From Stenotrophomonas sp. (GTDB lineage: Bacteria; Pseudomonadota; Gammaproteobacteria; Xanthomonadales; Xanthomonadaceae), in NCBI GenBank assembly GCA_003248565.1, contig QFOV01000006.1:15066-79065 (forward strand): a stretch of DNA of 64,000 bases. The letters are read 5' to 3'. The position numbers and the translations under genes are program-made. Positions 1-9,511 of the stretch are shown piece after piece. The notes under the pieces were generated by a model. The model saw nothing but the letters and a program-made list of their open reading frames with translations. It was not told the DNA's origin and did no database searches. How positions within the stretch are numbered: the stretch's first letter is position 1; the number at the start of each line of letters is the position of its first letter.

Positions 1-1
1 C

Positions 2-709
2 GCGCCGGAGCGCTCGGCAACGGCCGCAGGCCGGGCTGCCCCCAAGCATTTCCTGTTCAACCGCACCACCGGCGTGGAAGGCGTGTTGAGCCTGGATGGA
101 ACCCTGTTCCTCGGCAACAGCCTGCGCCGCCACGCGGTGCTGGCCGAGCGCCTGCGCGCGACCGGTCATGCCGCGGTGGTGATCGACGACCTGCAGCCGC
201 CGGCGGACAAGGTGCGCAAGGTGGCTGCTGCGCTTGGTCTGTCTGCACAGGGCGAGGAGTTGGCCGGCAAGGTGCAGGCACAGCTCGATCAGGCCGCAGC
301 CATCGCCAAGGACAACGCGAAGCGCCCACGGGTGATCGCGTTGTCGGCCAGCGGTGCCGGTGGCCTGCCGACCGTGGCCGGCGCCGACAGCGCCGCCAAC
401 CAGCTGATCACCATCGCTGGTGGCATCAACATCGGTGAAGAAGCCGGTGTGGCCAACTACTCCCAGCTCAGCAATGAAGGCGTTGTCGCGGCAGCGCCAG
501 ACGTGATCCTGGTAACCGACAACGATCTGCGCCTGTTCGGCGGTGAAGCCGGCCTGTGGAAGGCCTATCCGACCCTGAAGCACACGCCCGCTGGCGCGGC
601 CAACCGTGTCTGGGTGATGCCTGATGTCGAACTCAAATCCACCAGCGTGGGTTCCGGCGCCGGTGCGCTGGCCTTGGCGCAGGCCCTGGCGGAGTTGTCG
701 GGCGGATGA
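2..709 (+). CDS. Periplasmic substrate-binding protein of heme/siderophore/B12-type ABC transporter (HmuT/BtuF fold), 5'-truncated by window edge
   Basis: Frame open from base 2; motifs EGVLSL and LSNEGVVAAAPDVIL; first of an overlapping SBP-permease-ATPase trio. Confidence 0.8.
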   Translation, partial: APERSATAAGRAAPKHFLFNRTTGVEGVLSLDGTLFLGNSLRRHAVLAERLRATGHAAVVIDDLQPPADKVRKVAAALGLSAQGEELAGKVQAQLDQAAAIAKDNAKRPRVIALSASGAGGLPTVAGADSAANQLITIAGGINIGEEAGVANYSQLSNEGVVAAAPDVILVTDNDLRLFGGEAGLWKAYPTLKHTPAGAANRVWVMPDVELKSTSVGSGAGALALAQALAELSGG

Positions 710-1746
710 TGTCGGCGCAGGTCCGGCGGCCGAACGGCGCGCTGCTGCTATGTCTGCTGCTGGCAGTGCTGCTGGGCGCGGTGCTGTTGTCGTTCGGCAC
801 CGGTCCGCTGAAGCTGCCTGCAGCCGACGTGCTGCGGGCGATGGCGGCGCAGTTTGGCTTGGCGGATCCGCAGTCGATCAGTGCCCGCGACATGGGCGTG
901 GTCTGGCAGCTGCGCATTCCACGCGCGCTGTTGGGCGCGTTGGTTGGTGCGTCGCTGGCAATGGCCGGCGTCGCGCTGCAAGGCCTGTTTGGCAACCCGC
1001 TTGCGGATCCCGGCATCGTCGGTGTCAGCCAGGGCGCGGCGCTGGGTGCGGTGGCGGCCATCGTGCTTGGCGCGGGTGCATTCGCTGTGTGGTTGATTCC
1101 ACTGGCGGCATTCGCGGGTGGTGCTGGCGCGACGACCTTGATCTATCTGTTGGCGCGGCCGGGGCGCGGTGAGGGCACCGCGACCTTGTTGCTGGTCGGT
1201 ATCGCGATTGGTGCGGGCTGCTCGGCGGCGGTCGGCTTCCTGACCTACATCGCCAGCGAGAGCGAGCTGCAGTCGCTGGTGTTCTGGCAGATGGGCTCGT
1301 TGGCGCAGGCCAGTTGGAGCGACGTGGCCGCGGTCACGCCGGTATTCGTGATTGGCCTGCTGGCGTTGCTGCGGCTGGCCACGCCCTTGGACATGCTTGC
1401 GCTCGGTGAGCGCCAGGCACGTCACATCGGCCTGGATGTCGCGCGCACGCGCTTGTTGCTGGTGGCGTTCAGTGCGCTGCTGGTCGGGGCAGCGGTGGCG
1501 TTTGCCGGCAGCGTCAGCTTCGTCGGCCTGGTGGTGCCGCATCTGGTGCGGATGCTGGTTGGCCCCGGGCATCGCTGGCTGTTGCCTTTGTCGGGCGTGG
1601 TCGGCGCGCTGTTGATCGTGGTGGCCGATACCGCCGCGCGCACGTTGGATCCGCCGTCGGAAATCCCGCTCGGCCTGTTCTCCGCGGCGCTGGGCGCGCC
1701 TTTCTTCCTGTGGCTGGTGCTGCGCAAGCGCGGGGGAAGGGCATGA
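706..1746 (+). CDS. FecCD-family ABC permease (HmuU/BtuC-like)
   Basis: Hydrophobic; motifs LRIPRALLG, LQGLFGNPLADPGIVG, GSVSFVGLVVPH, EIPLG. Confidence 0.92.
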   Translation: MMSAQVRRPNGALLLCLLLAVLLGAVLLSFGTGPLKLPAADVLRAMAAQFGLADPQSISARDMGVVWQLRIPRALLGALVGASLAMAGVALQGLFGNPLADPGIVGVSQGAALGAVAAIVLGAGAFAVWLIPLAAFAGGAGATTLIYLLARPGRGEGTATLLLVGIAIGAGCSAAVGFLTYIASESELQSLVFWQMGSLAQASWSDVAAVTPVFVIGLLALLRLATPLDMLALGERQARHIGLDVARTRLLLVAFSALLVGAAVAFAGSVSFVGLVVPHLVRMLVGPGHRWLLPLSGVVGALLIVVADTAARTLDPPSEIPLGLFSAALGAPFFLWLVLRKRGGRA

Positions 1747-2513
1747 GCGCTCCATTGCTGGAAGTAGGCGGGGTCAGCGTGCTGCGTGGCAGTCGCCAGG
1801 TGTTGGCGGGTGTTGATCTAGCGTTGCAGGCCGGCACGCTGACCGCCTTGGTTGGCCCCAATGGCGCAGGCAAGTCCACGTTATTGGCCCTGCTTGCCGG
1901 TGATGCCGAGCCGGATGCCGGGCAGGCGTTGCTGCAAGGTCGTGCACTGGCCGACTGGCCGGTACGCGAGCTCGCCCTGCAACGGGCGGTGATGGCGCAG
2001 GATCATGCCGTGCACTTTGCCTTCAGCGTGCGCGAGGTGGTGTCGATGGGGCGTTTGCCGCATCCGCCACAACCACGACAGGATGCGGAGATCGTCGAGG
2101 CTGCATTGGCAGAAGTCGATGTCGTCGCCTTGGCTGGGCGCGATGTGCAGACGCTGTCCGGTGGCGAAGCCGCACGCACGTCGCTTGCCCGTGCCTTGGC
2201 GCAACAGACGCCGGTGCTGCTGCTGGATGAACCAACCGCCGCACTCGATCTTCGCCATCAGGAGCGTACCTTGCGCAGCGCCCGCGAGCTCGCAGCGCAG
2301 GGCCGTTGCGTGGTGGTGGTATTGCACGACCTCAACCTGGCATCGGCCTATGCCGATCGCATCGTGATGCTATGCGACGGGCGCATTGCCGCTGATGGTT
2401 CACCGCGCGAAGTGCTGACCCGCGAGATCATCGGCAAGGTCTACGGCCAGCCGGTGCAGGTGATCGAGCACCCAACGCGCGGCGTTCCGCTGGTGGTTTC
2501 CTGCGACGATTGA
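1743..2513 (+). CDS. Heme/iron-chelate ABC transporter ATP-binding protein (HmuV-like)
   Basis: Walker A GPNGAGKST, LSGGE, LLLDEPTAALD, VLHDLNLA; ATG at 1743 overlaps the permease stop. Confidence 0.92.
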   Translation: MSAPLLEVGGVSVLRGSRQVLAGVDLALQAGTLTALVGPNGAGKSTLLALLAGDAEPDAGQALLQGRALADWPVRELALQRAVMAQDHAVHFAFSVREVVSMGRLPHPPQPRQDAEIVEAALAEVDVVALAGRDVQTLSGGEAARTSLARALAQQTPVLLLDEPTAALDLRHQERTLRSARELAAQGRCVVVVLHDLNLASAYADRIVMLCDGRIAADGSPREVLTREIIGKVYGQPVQVIEHPTRGVPLVVSCDD

Positions 2514-2579
2514 AGCTCCGGCGGCGAGCAGGCGGAAAAGCTGCTTTCGATCGCATCGCATCGCGCGCGGGCGTGACGG

Positions 2580-3290
2580 CTACTTCGGCGTCGCAGCCAG
2601 CGCCCGATAGTCGCGCGGGGTCATGCCGACGGTGTGCTTGAACTGGCGCGCGAACGCACTCTGGTCGGAGAAGCCACAGGCCTGGCCGACGCTGGCGATG
2701 CTGGTGTCGGTGAACAACATGCGGGTGGCAGCCTCGATGCGGAACTTGGTCAACAACTGCTGCGGCGTCAGCTGGAATACCTTCTTGAACAAGCGTTCCA
2801 GCTGCGCGACCGAGACGCCACTCTTGCCGGCCAGTGTGCGTACCCGCAGCGGTTCATGGAAATGCGCTTGCATGTATTCCACCGCAGCATGCAGGCGCTG
2901 GAAGGAAGAGTCCTCGCGGTCGGGTTGGCCAAGATCCCGTGAGATGCCGATCAAGCCGACGATGCGGTTGTCTTCCACCAGCGGCTGCTTGAGGGTGAGG
3001 CACCAGCCCGGGCTGCGGTTGGCATAGAGCTGCAGTTCAAGCATGTCTTCGATGACTTCGCCTGTCAGCACGCGCCGATCCTGCAGGATGTAGCGCGCGG
3101 CCAGATGCGCTGGATAGAGCTGCAACACGCTTCTGCCGACGATCTCCTCGCGGCTCTTCTTCGCCAGCCGTTGCATCAAGGTCTGGTTGACGTGCGTGTA
3201 GCGGCATTCGGTGTCCTTGATGAAGAACACCACGTCGGGAAGGGGATCAAACATGCGCACCAATACCTGCGGTGACAGGGTGACAGCCAT
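2580..3290 (-). CDS. AraC-family regulator with N-terminal PAS domain (LhpR-like)
   Basis: PAS-like VFFIKDTECRYTHVN; C-terminal AraC HTH CGFSDQSAFARQFKHTVGMTPRDYR. Confidence 0.88.
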   Translation of the reverse strand: MAVTLSPQVLVRMFDPLPDVVFFIKDTECRYTHVNQTLMQRLAKKSREEIVGRSVLQLYPAHLAARYILQDRRVLTGEVIEDMLELQLYANRSPGWCLTLKQPLVEDNRIVGLIGISRDLGQPDREDSSFQRLHAAVEYMQAHFHEPLRVRTLAGKSGVSVAQLERLFKKVFQLTPQQLLTKFRIEAATRMLFTDTSIASVGQACGFSDQSAFARQFKHTVGMTPRDYRALAATPK

Positions 3291-3918
3291 GGCGTTGCTC
3301 TCCGTTGCGGAGCGCACACCCTGCCATTCCTGCGGCCGCCTCTCAAGCGCAATAAGTATGCTGAAATCCGCATCGTGCAGGCCAAGATACGCCTAGCGTG
3401 CGGCATCGGCTGCAGTGGAACATTGATCCCGAAATGTACGGTCATGACGTGCTTTCGTTTCTGCAGATGCCTTTAAATCAGTTGGTTGCAGTTGTTACAG
3501 GTTGTCTTGTTTCTATCAGTCCTGCACGTTGAACAGCGAGCAGGCGTTTGCCGGGGCCGGTCAGGGGGCTGGTATTAGGCGGATCTAAGAATCCGGGTCG
3601 GTTATGCCAAGGTAGCGCGCGGATGCCAGAAGCGGCGCACGCAGTGGTTGGTCCTGGCTCGGCGTTGTGTGCTTGTTTGCCTTCGGTGTGGCCTCGTTCG
3701 GGGCCCCGGGGACCGTGATCGCTCCATCTGTTGTCGACCATTGCGCTTGCCCGCGCCGAGGTCGGTCAGCGTGTGCGCGTAAAAGTCCGGCGTCCTGGCG
3801 GCGACAGCGCCGTCATGGCGGTGGCGTGCGCCGGCAGCTGTTTGCTGGGCGGTGCAGCAGCCACTTCGTTGTTGCTTGCTCAACTTTCGTTTCGCATTTC
3901 ATATCCAAGGGGAAGTAG

Positions 3919-6900
3919 ATGAAGACGAATCATCGCGCCGAGCGCATTCCATGTCGTCGGCGTGGCCAGCTGGCAGTCGCTGTTGCCATTGCCTTGTGTG
4001 CCACCGCAACGGACTCTGCATGGGCGCAGGATGCTGCCGGGGAGCTGGCGAAGGAGCAGCAGGCTACTGGCGCTGAAGCGAAGAATCTCGATACCGTGAT
4101 CGTCACCGGTTCGCGTATTCGTCGTGAGCCGGGCTTTGAAGGCCCCGCACCGGTAACCGCCATCAGTGCGGAAAAGATCCAGGCCTCCGGCTACACCCAG
4201 ATCGCCGATCTGGTGAACCAGTTGCCCAGCTTTGCTGCAACCCAGACCAGCCAGACCGCCAACCAGACCGGCAATGTCGGTGTCAGTGCGCTGGACCTGC
4301 GTGGCATGGGCGTGCAGCGCACCTTGACGCTGGTGGATGGGCGCCGCCAGGTTGCATCGATCCCCGGCACCGCCGGCGTGGATGTCAGTGCGCTACCTGC
4401 AAGCATGATCGAGCGTGTGGACGTGGTCACCGGTGGCGCGTCCGCGCTGTACGGTGCCGATGCCGTGAACGGTGTGGTCAACTTCGTCCTCAAGCGCGAC
4501 TACGAAGGGCTGGAAGCCAGCGTCCGCTACGGCGACTCCTCGCGCGGCGACATGCCGACCTATACCGGCGACGTGCTGTTCGGCAAGAACTTCGCCGACA
4601 ACCGCGGCAACTTCACCCTGTACGGCTTCTGGGAAGACAACTCCGGTACGGTGCGTGGCCAGGACCGTCCCTGGACCGCCAACGGCTACCCGTATTACGC
4701 ACGCGCCAAGAGCACCGATCCGTATGTGATCCTTGACAACAGTCGCAACGTCTACAACTCGCCCAATGCGACCGTGTTGCTGGGCAACTGCACGGTGGCC
4801 AATGCCGCCAATTGCCTGTACACCTTCAATCCGGACGGCTCGCTGCGCCACTCGCAACTCGGCCCGGGCGGGCTGACCAACCTGAGCACCGGCTTCAACG
4901 TGCTGCAGCAGGGCACCACCGATGGCGGTGAGTTTGGTGGCCGCTATGACTCCTGGTACCTGGTGACGCCATCGGATCGCCAGACCGTGCGTTCGACGCT
5001 GGATTTCGACGTCAACGATGCGCTGCGGCTGGTGGGCACGGTCAACTATTCGCAGAGTCAGTCCGAAGCGTCCTGGCGCTCGCTCAGTACCTACGGTTCG
5101 GGTGGCAGCGAAGTGGTGCCGTATTACAGCCCCTTCATCACCCAGGAAATGATCACCGCCAACGGTGGTGCGTTCACCAATGGCATCGCCTTCGGCCGCC
5201 ATTTCGATGAAGAGCTGGGGCATATGCGCCAGCAGACCGATCGCAAGTTGCTGCAGGCAACCGTCGGCGCGGAAGGCTATTTCGACTTCTTCGGCCGCAG
5301 CTGGAACTACGAGGCTTATTACTCTTACGGACGCAGCCGCCAGCGCACCCGCGAACTCAACGCAGGCTCCTATGACCGCTTGCTGTCGGGTTTGAATTCC
5401 TACGTGGATGGTGCCGGCAACCCGATCTGCTGGGATGGCCCGGCCGGCTGCGTGGCGATCAATCCTTTCAAGCGCCTGACCTCGGAGATGGTCGATTGGT
5501 TGACCTACGACACCGACTGGTCCACGACCACGCTGACCCAGAAGGTTGCATCGGCCTATGCCTCCGGTGGGCTGTTCGACCTGCCTGGTGGCGAAGCCAA
5601 GATCGTGGTGGGCACGGAGTACCGCAAGGAACGCAATGAGATTGGCACCATCGCCCAGTACGATCCGACCAATCCGGCTTATGACGCCAGCCTTGGCACT
5701 ACCCAGAACGGTTTGAACGGCGAGTTCAGCGTCAAGGAGATCTTCAGCGAGCTCAGCCTGCCGCTGCTGTCGGGTGTGGCCGGCGCCGAACGCTTGTCGC
5801 TGGAGCTGGCCGGGCGCGTCTCGGACTACAGCACCGCCGGCCGCACCACGACGACGAAGCTCGGTCTGGAATGGGCGCCGATCGAAGACATCACCGTGCG
5901 TGGCACCTACGGCAAGGCGATCCGTGCGCCCAACATCGGTGAGCTGTACACCGCCGGCAGCGTGTCGTCGGCGTGGATCTACGATCCCTGCAACGACTAT
6001 GCGCTGGCCAACCGCACCAGTGCCACCAGCTACACGGCGGGCAATTGCGCGGCGATCAGCCCCAGCGATACCAGTGTTGGCAACTATTGGCAGTGGAAGG
6101 ACATCGTGTACTCGGGCAACGTCAACCTGAAGCCGGAAACCGCCAAGACCACGACCTTCGGCGTGGTGTTGCGGCCGCGCTTCATTTCCAACCTGACGGT
6201 GTCCGCCGATTACTACAAGATCGACCTGCGCGGGGTGATTTCCACCCTGGACTACCAGACCATCCTCAACCGCTGCGTCGACCAGGCCAGCCTGGACAAC
6301 GCCTTCTGCGATCTGGTTACCCGCGATTCGGCTGGCGATATCGTCGAAGTGGCAGTGCAGCAGTTGAACCTCTCGCAGAGCATCGCCCGCGGCGTCGATA
6401 TCAATGCCAATTGGTTTTACGACCTGGGCGGGGCAGCGGGTTCCAATGCTGGTCGCATTCTGGTTGACCTGAGCTATGGTCGTACGCTGGAACGCAAGTT
6501 CGTCGCCGACCCGCAGAATCCTGACGATGCGTGGGACTACCTGACGCTCTGGGGCACGCCGAAGTGGAAGGGCACCGTGCGCACCGGCTGGTCCAATCCC
6601 AAGCTCAGCGTCTACTGGACCCTGCGGCATGTATCGAAGATGCGTGGCAGCAATACTTCGACTGCGGCGTATGAGCGCGAGTGGGCAGGCAATACCTTCT
6701 ACAGCGATTTCTACGCCAGCTATCAGTTCACGCCGAAGTTCAGCGTGTTTGGTGGTCTCAACAACGCGTTCGATCGCGCGCCGCCGCGTGTGCCGGGCGC
6801 GGAGGCCGGCGGTGCCGGCTTCAACCAGAGCGGTTACCAGGCGGCGGTGTATGACGTGCTGGGCCGCACCTTCAACGTCGGTCTGCGCATGAAGCTTTGA
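3919..6900 (+). CDS. TonB-dependent receptor
   Basis: Signal peptide, TonB box DTVIVTGSRI, plug IERVDVVTGGASALYGADAVNGVVNF, C-terminal beta strand. Confidence 0.95.
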   Translation: MKTNHRAERIPCRRRGQLAVAVAIALCATATDSAWAQDAAGELAKEQQATGAEAKNLDTVIVTGSRIRREPGFEGPAPVTAISAEKIQASGYTQIADLVNQLPSFAATQTSQTANQTGNVGVSALDLRGMGVQRTLTLVDGRRQVASIPGTAGVDVSALPASMIERVDVVTGGASALYGADAVNGVVNFVLKRDYEGLEASVRYGDSSRGDMPTYTGDVLFGKNFADNRGNFTLYGFWEDNSGTVRGQDRPWTANGYPYYARAKSTDPYVILDNSRNVYNSPNATVLLGNCTVANAANCLYTFNPDGSLRHSQLGPGGLTNLSTGFNVLQQGTTDGGEFGGRYDSWYLVTPSDRQTVRSTLDFDVNDALRLVGTVNYSQSQSEASWRSLSTYGSGGSEVVPYYSPFITQEMITANGGAFTNGIAFGRHFDEELGHMRQQTDRKLLQATVGAEGYFDFFGRSWNYEAYYSYGRSRQRTRELNAGSYDRLLSGLNSYVDGAGNPICWDGPAGCVAINPFKRLTSEMVDWLTYDTDWSTTTLTQKVASAYASGGLFDLPGGEAKIVVGTEYRKERNEIGTIAQYDPTNPAYDASLGTTQNGLNGEFSVKEIFSELSLPLLSGVAGAERLSLELAGRVSDYSTAGRTTTTKLGLEWAPIEDITVRGTYGKAIRAPNIGELYTAGSVSSAWIYDPCNDYALANRTSATSYTAGNCAAISPSDTSVGNYWQWKDIVYSGNVNLKPETAKTTTFGVVLRPRFISNLTVSADYYKIDLRGVISTLDYQTILNRCVDQASLDNAFCDLVTRDSAGDIVEVAVQQLNLSQSIARGVDINANWFYDLGGAAGSNAGRILVDLSYGRTLERKFVADPQNPDDAWDYLTLWGTPKWKGTVRTGWSNPKLSVYWTLRHVSKMRGSNTSTAAYEREWAGNTFYSDFYASYQFTPKFSVFGGLNNAFDRAPPRVPGAEAGGAGFNQSGYQAAVYDVLGRTFNVGLRMKL

Positions 6901-6925
6901 CCAACTTCCGCTACTGCAAATAGAA

Positions 6926-6963
6926 CAGGGCCGACGGAATCACCGTCGGCCCTGCTTGTTTTC
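6926..6963 (+). terminator. Intrinsic terminator between convergent TonB receptors
   Basis: CAGGGCCGACGG-AATCA-CCGTCGGCCCTG followed by CTTGTTTT. Confidence 0.75.
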
Positions 6964-7003
6964 ACACTGGCGGAAACCGCAGCGGCGCTGCGGCTTCGCT
7001 GAC

Positions 7004-8875
7004 TCAGTTGGCCTTGCTGTTGTAACGCAGGGTCAGCTGGTATTCGCGGCCCGGCTGGTTGTACCAGGCAACGGTTTCGTACTCGCGGTCGAACACGTTG
7101 GCGGCCTTGGCCTGCAGGCTCCATGCGTCGTTGATGGCGTATTCAACGCGCACATCCATGGTGCCGTAGCCGGCCAGACGCACGCTGTTGGCAGCGTTGT
7201 CGAAGCGGTGGCCACTGCCTGCAGCGGTCACGCCCAGACGCAGCGGGCCGAAGCTCTTGTCCACGTCCAGACGACCGCTGGTACGCGCGCGGCGGGCCAG
7301 CAGGTTGTCGTAGGTGGCAGCGCCGGAGGTGTGGTCGCGCGGGTCGGTGAAGCTGGCCTGGGCGTTGATGTCGAAGCCAGCCAGCGACAGGTAGCCGGTC
7401 AGCTCGGCGCCGCGGATGCGGGCTTCGGCAACGTTGACCAGGTCGAAGTTGCTGTCATAGCCGATCAGCTGGTCGACGCGGGTTTCGTAGGCGTTGAAGG
7501 TCCAGTTCCAGTTGTCGGCGTACTGCGCGATGCCGAGGTTCAGGCTCTTGGATTCTTCCGGCTTCAGGTTCGGGTTGCTGAAGCCCGGGTAGTACAGGTC
7601 GTTGAACGTCGGTGCCTTGAAGCCGGTGCCGGCGCTGGCGGTCAGGCGGAAACCATTGCCGAAGGCAAAGCCATAACCCAGGCTGCCGGTGGTGTGGTTG
7701 CCGAACTGCTCGTTGTCGTCGTTGCGCACGCTGGCCTGCAGCGAGTGCGCGCCGAACTGGCCCTGGTACTCGGCAAACACGCCGAGGTTGTCGCGCTGGT
7801 CGATGTCGAAGGCGGTGGAGCTGGTGACCTTGTCGTTCTGCCAATCGGCGCCAGCGGTGATCTGCTGGCCTTCGGCGAAGCTGAAGTCGCCCTGCACGCT
7901 GGCGGTGTCGCGGCGGGTATCGAAGGCGCTGGCGAAGCTGCGGGTGCCGGTGCTGGCATCCGCGAAGTAGTTGTCGGCCTGGTCGCGGTTGCGGCCAACC
8001 TGTGCGCTCAGGCGGAAGCGCTCGGATGCAGCCCAGGCGAGCTTGGCACCGTAGACCTGCTGGCGGTTGTCGGCTTCGTTGCCGCCGAAGATGCTGCCGT
8101 CGTATTCGTTGAAGCTGTCGGCGTTGAGCACATGGCCTTCCAGGCTCAGCGTGTCGGTCAGGGCATAGCCACCGCGCACGTTGATGGAGGTGTTGCGGTA
8201 GCCATCGCGGTCCGGCTCATCGGCGAAGCAGCCGGCGCCCCAGCCAGCGGCGGTGCCGCGGCAGGCGTTGATGCCGTCGGTCTTCTGGTAGCCGCCCTGG
8301 GCCGAGATCCAGCCGCGCTCACCGCGGTTGCTGAAGCCGGCGCTGACTTGGCGCAGGTTGTTGCTGCCGGCGGTGATCGCCAGGTTCTGCTGCAGGCCCT
8401 GGCCAGCGTTGCGGGTGAAGATCTGGATCACGCCGCCGATGGCCTCGGAGCCGTACAGGCTCGAACGCGGGCCACGCACGATTTCAATGCGCTCGATCTG
8501 GTCAACCGGCAGGTCCTGCAGGGCGGCCATGCCGCTGGTGGCCGAGGCCACGCGCACGCCGTCCACCAGCACCAGCACCTGGTTGGAGTTGCTGCCACGC
8601 AGGAACAGCGAGGTGATCTTGCCGTTGCCGCCCTGGTTGGCGAAGTCCAGGCCGGCGCGGCCGCGCAGCAGGTCCTGCAGCGAGTTGGCCTGGCTGTGGT
8701 CGATCTGCGCACGGTCGATGACCTGCACCGGCACCACGCTGTTCTCGATGGAGATCGGGGTACGGGTGGCGGTGACGGTGACGTCGTCCAGTTCGGTTGG
8801 TGCGTTCTGCGCGGCAGCAACGCCCGGCAATGCCAGGGCAAGGGCGAGCGAAAGGGTGTGGTAAGACAGTTTCAT
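7004..8875 (-). CDS. btuB: TonB-dependent vitamin B12 receptor
   Basis: IERIEIVRGPRSSLYGSEAIGGVIQIFT, FKAPTFNDLYYP, YNQPGREY; preceded by a cobalamin riboswitch. Confidence 0.93.
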   Translation of the reverse strand: MKLSYHTLSLALALALPGVAAAQNAPTELDDVTVTATRTPISIENSVVPVQVIDRAQIDHSQANSLQDLLRGRAGLDFANQGGNGKITSLFLRGSNSNQVLVLVDGVRVASATSGMAALQDLPVDQIERIEIVRGPRSSLYGSEAIGGVIQIFTRNAGQGLQQNLAITAGSNNLRQVSAGFSNRGERGWISAQGGYQKTDGINACRGTAAGWGAGCFADEPDRDGYRNTSINVRGGYALTDTLSLEGHVLNADSFNEYDGSIFGGNEADNRQQVYGAKLAWAASERFRLSAQVGRNRDQADNYFADASTGTRSFASAFDTRRDTASVQGDFSFAEGQQITAGADWQNDKVTSSTAFDIDQRDNLGVFAEYQGQFGAHSLQASVRNDDNEQFGNHTTGSLGYGFAFGNGFRLTASAGTGFKAPTFNDLYYPGFSNPNLKPEESKSLNLGIAQYADNWNWTFNAYETRVDQLIGYDSNFDLVNVAEARIRGAELTGYLSLAGFDINAQASFTDPRDHTSGAATYDNLLARRARTSGRLDVDKSFGPLRLGVTAAGSGHRFDNAANSVRLAGYGTMDVRVEYAINDAWSLQAKAANVFDREYETVAWYNQPGREYQLTLRYNSKAN

Positions 8876-8999
8876 GGAAGCTCCTGGGCCTGCACGCTCC
8901 CGCGCAGGCGGATTGGGGAGGCTGCCAGAAGAGGGAGAAGACGGAGGCGGCGCACACGGCGCTACAGCCGCCGCCATGCCCTCCGCATCGCAACCAGTC

Positions 9000-9215
9000 G
9001 GCTTCCGGGCCGGTCTCCGGACTCGCAGGCGAGGCGGCGTGGGCCGCTTCCGTCCAGACGCCTTCCCGTGCCGTGCACAGTGGCGCCATGTCTGGACTTG
9101 TCCTGCTTACCGTTGCGGGGGCAGTGCCGGAATGGCGACATGCTGGAGTTCCAGCAGTGCGCGGCACCGGCTTCCCGTTTCAACCGACCGGCAATGCCGG
9201 TCGGTCACCCGAAAG
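9000..9215 (-). ncRNA. Cobalamin (AdoCbl) riboswitch
   Basis: Reverse strand reads GGTG...TGAAACGGGAAGCCGGTG...TTCCGGCACTGCCCCCGCAACGGTAAG...GAGTCCGGAGACCGGCC (B12 box), upstream of btuB; ends approximate. Confidence 0.92.
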
Positions 9216-9302
9216 TGCGCGCATTCTATGCCATTGCCGCCAGCGTTGCCGGAATGGGCGGCAACGGCCGGCATGGCGCGGACTCTGTAACCGGGGTTCA
9301 AG

Positions 9303-9406
9303 GTAGCCCGGGTAAGCGCATGCGCACCCGGGAAGTGCAGGGCGCCGCAGGCCTGCAGCGGTGCTGCAATCTCGTTCCCCGGGTGCGCTGCGCTTACCCG
9401 GGCTAC
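9303..9406. repeat. Inverted pair of GTAG-type REP palindromes (family C, GTAGCCCGGGTAAGCGC...GCGCACCCGGG)
   Basis: Inverted copies; a near-identical pair lies at 62037-62136. Confidence 0.85.
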
Positions 9407-9511
9407 GTGTTGCATGAGTTCGATTTGATTGGGGGCTGGCGAAACAAGCCCTGCGCAGCACTGTTGCCGAGTGGCTAGAATGCGCGCTGCAAACGCAGTA
9501 TCGGAAGTGTC

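Noticed and set aside
3478..3922. Small ORFs in the AraC-TonB intergenic region
   Set aside because: No coding-like composition, RBS or motifs
6956..9478. 840-aa plus-strand ORF, and similar long antisense ORFs (4393-6630, 17439-19679, 20327-22096, 46369-48453)
   Set aside because: Shadow ORFs opposite clear genes; expected from high-GC codon bias
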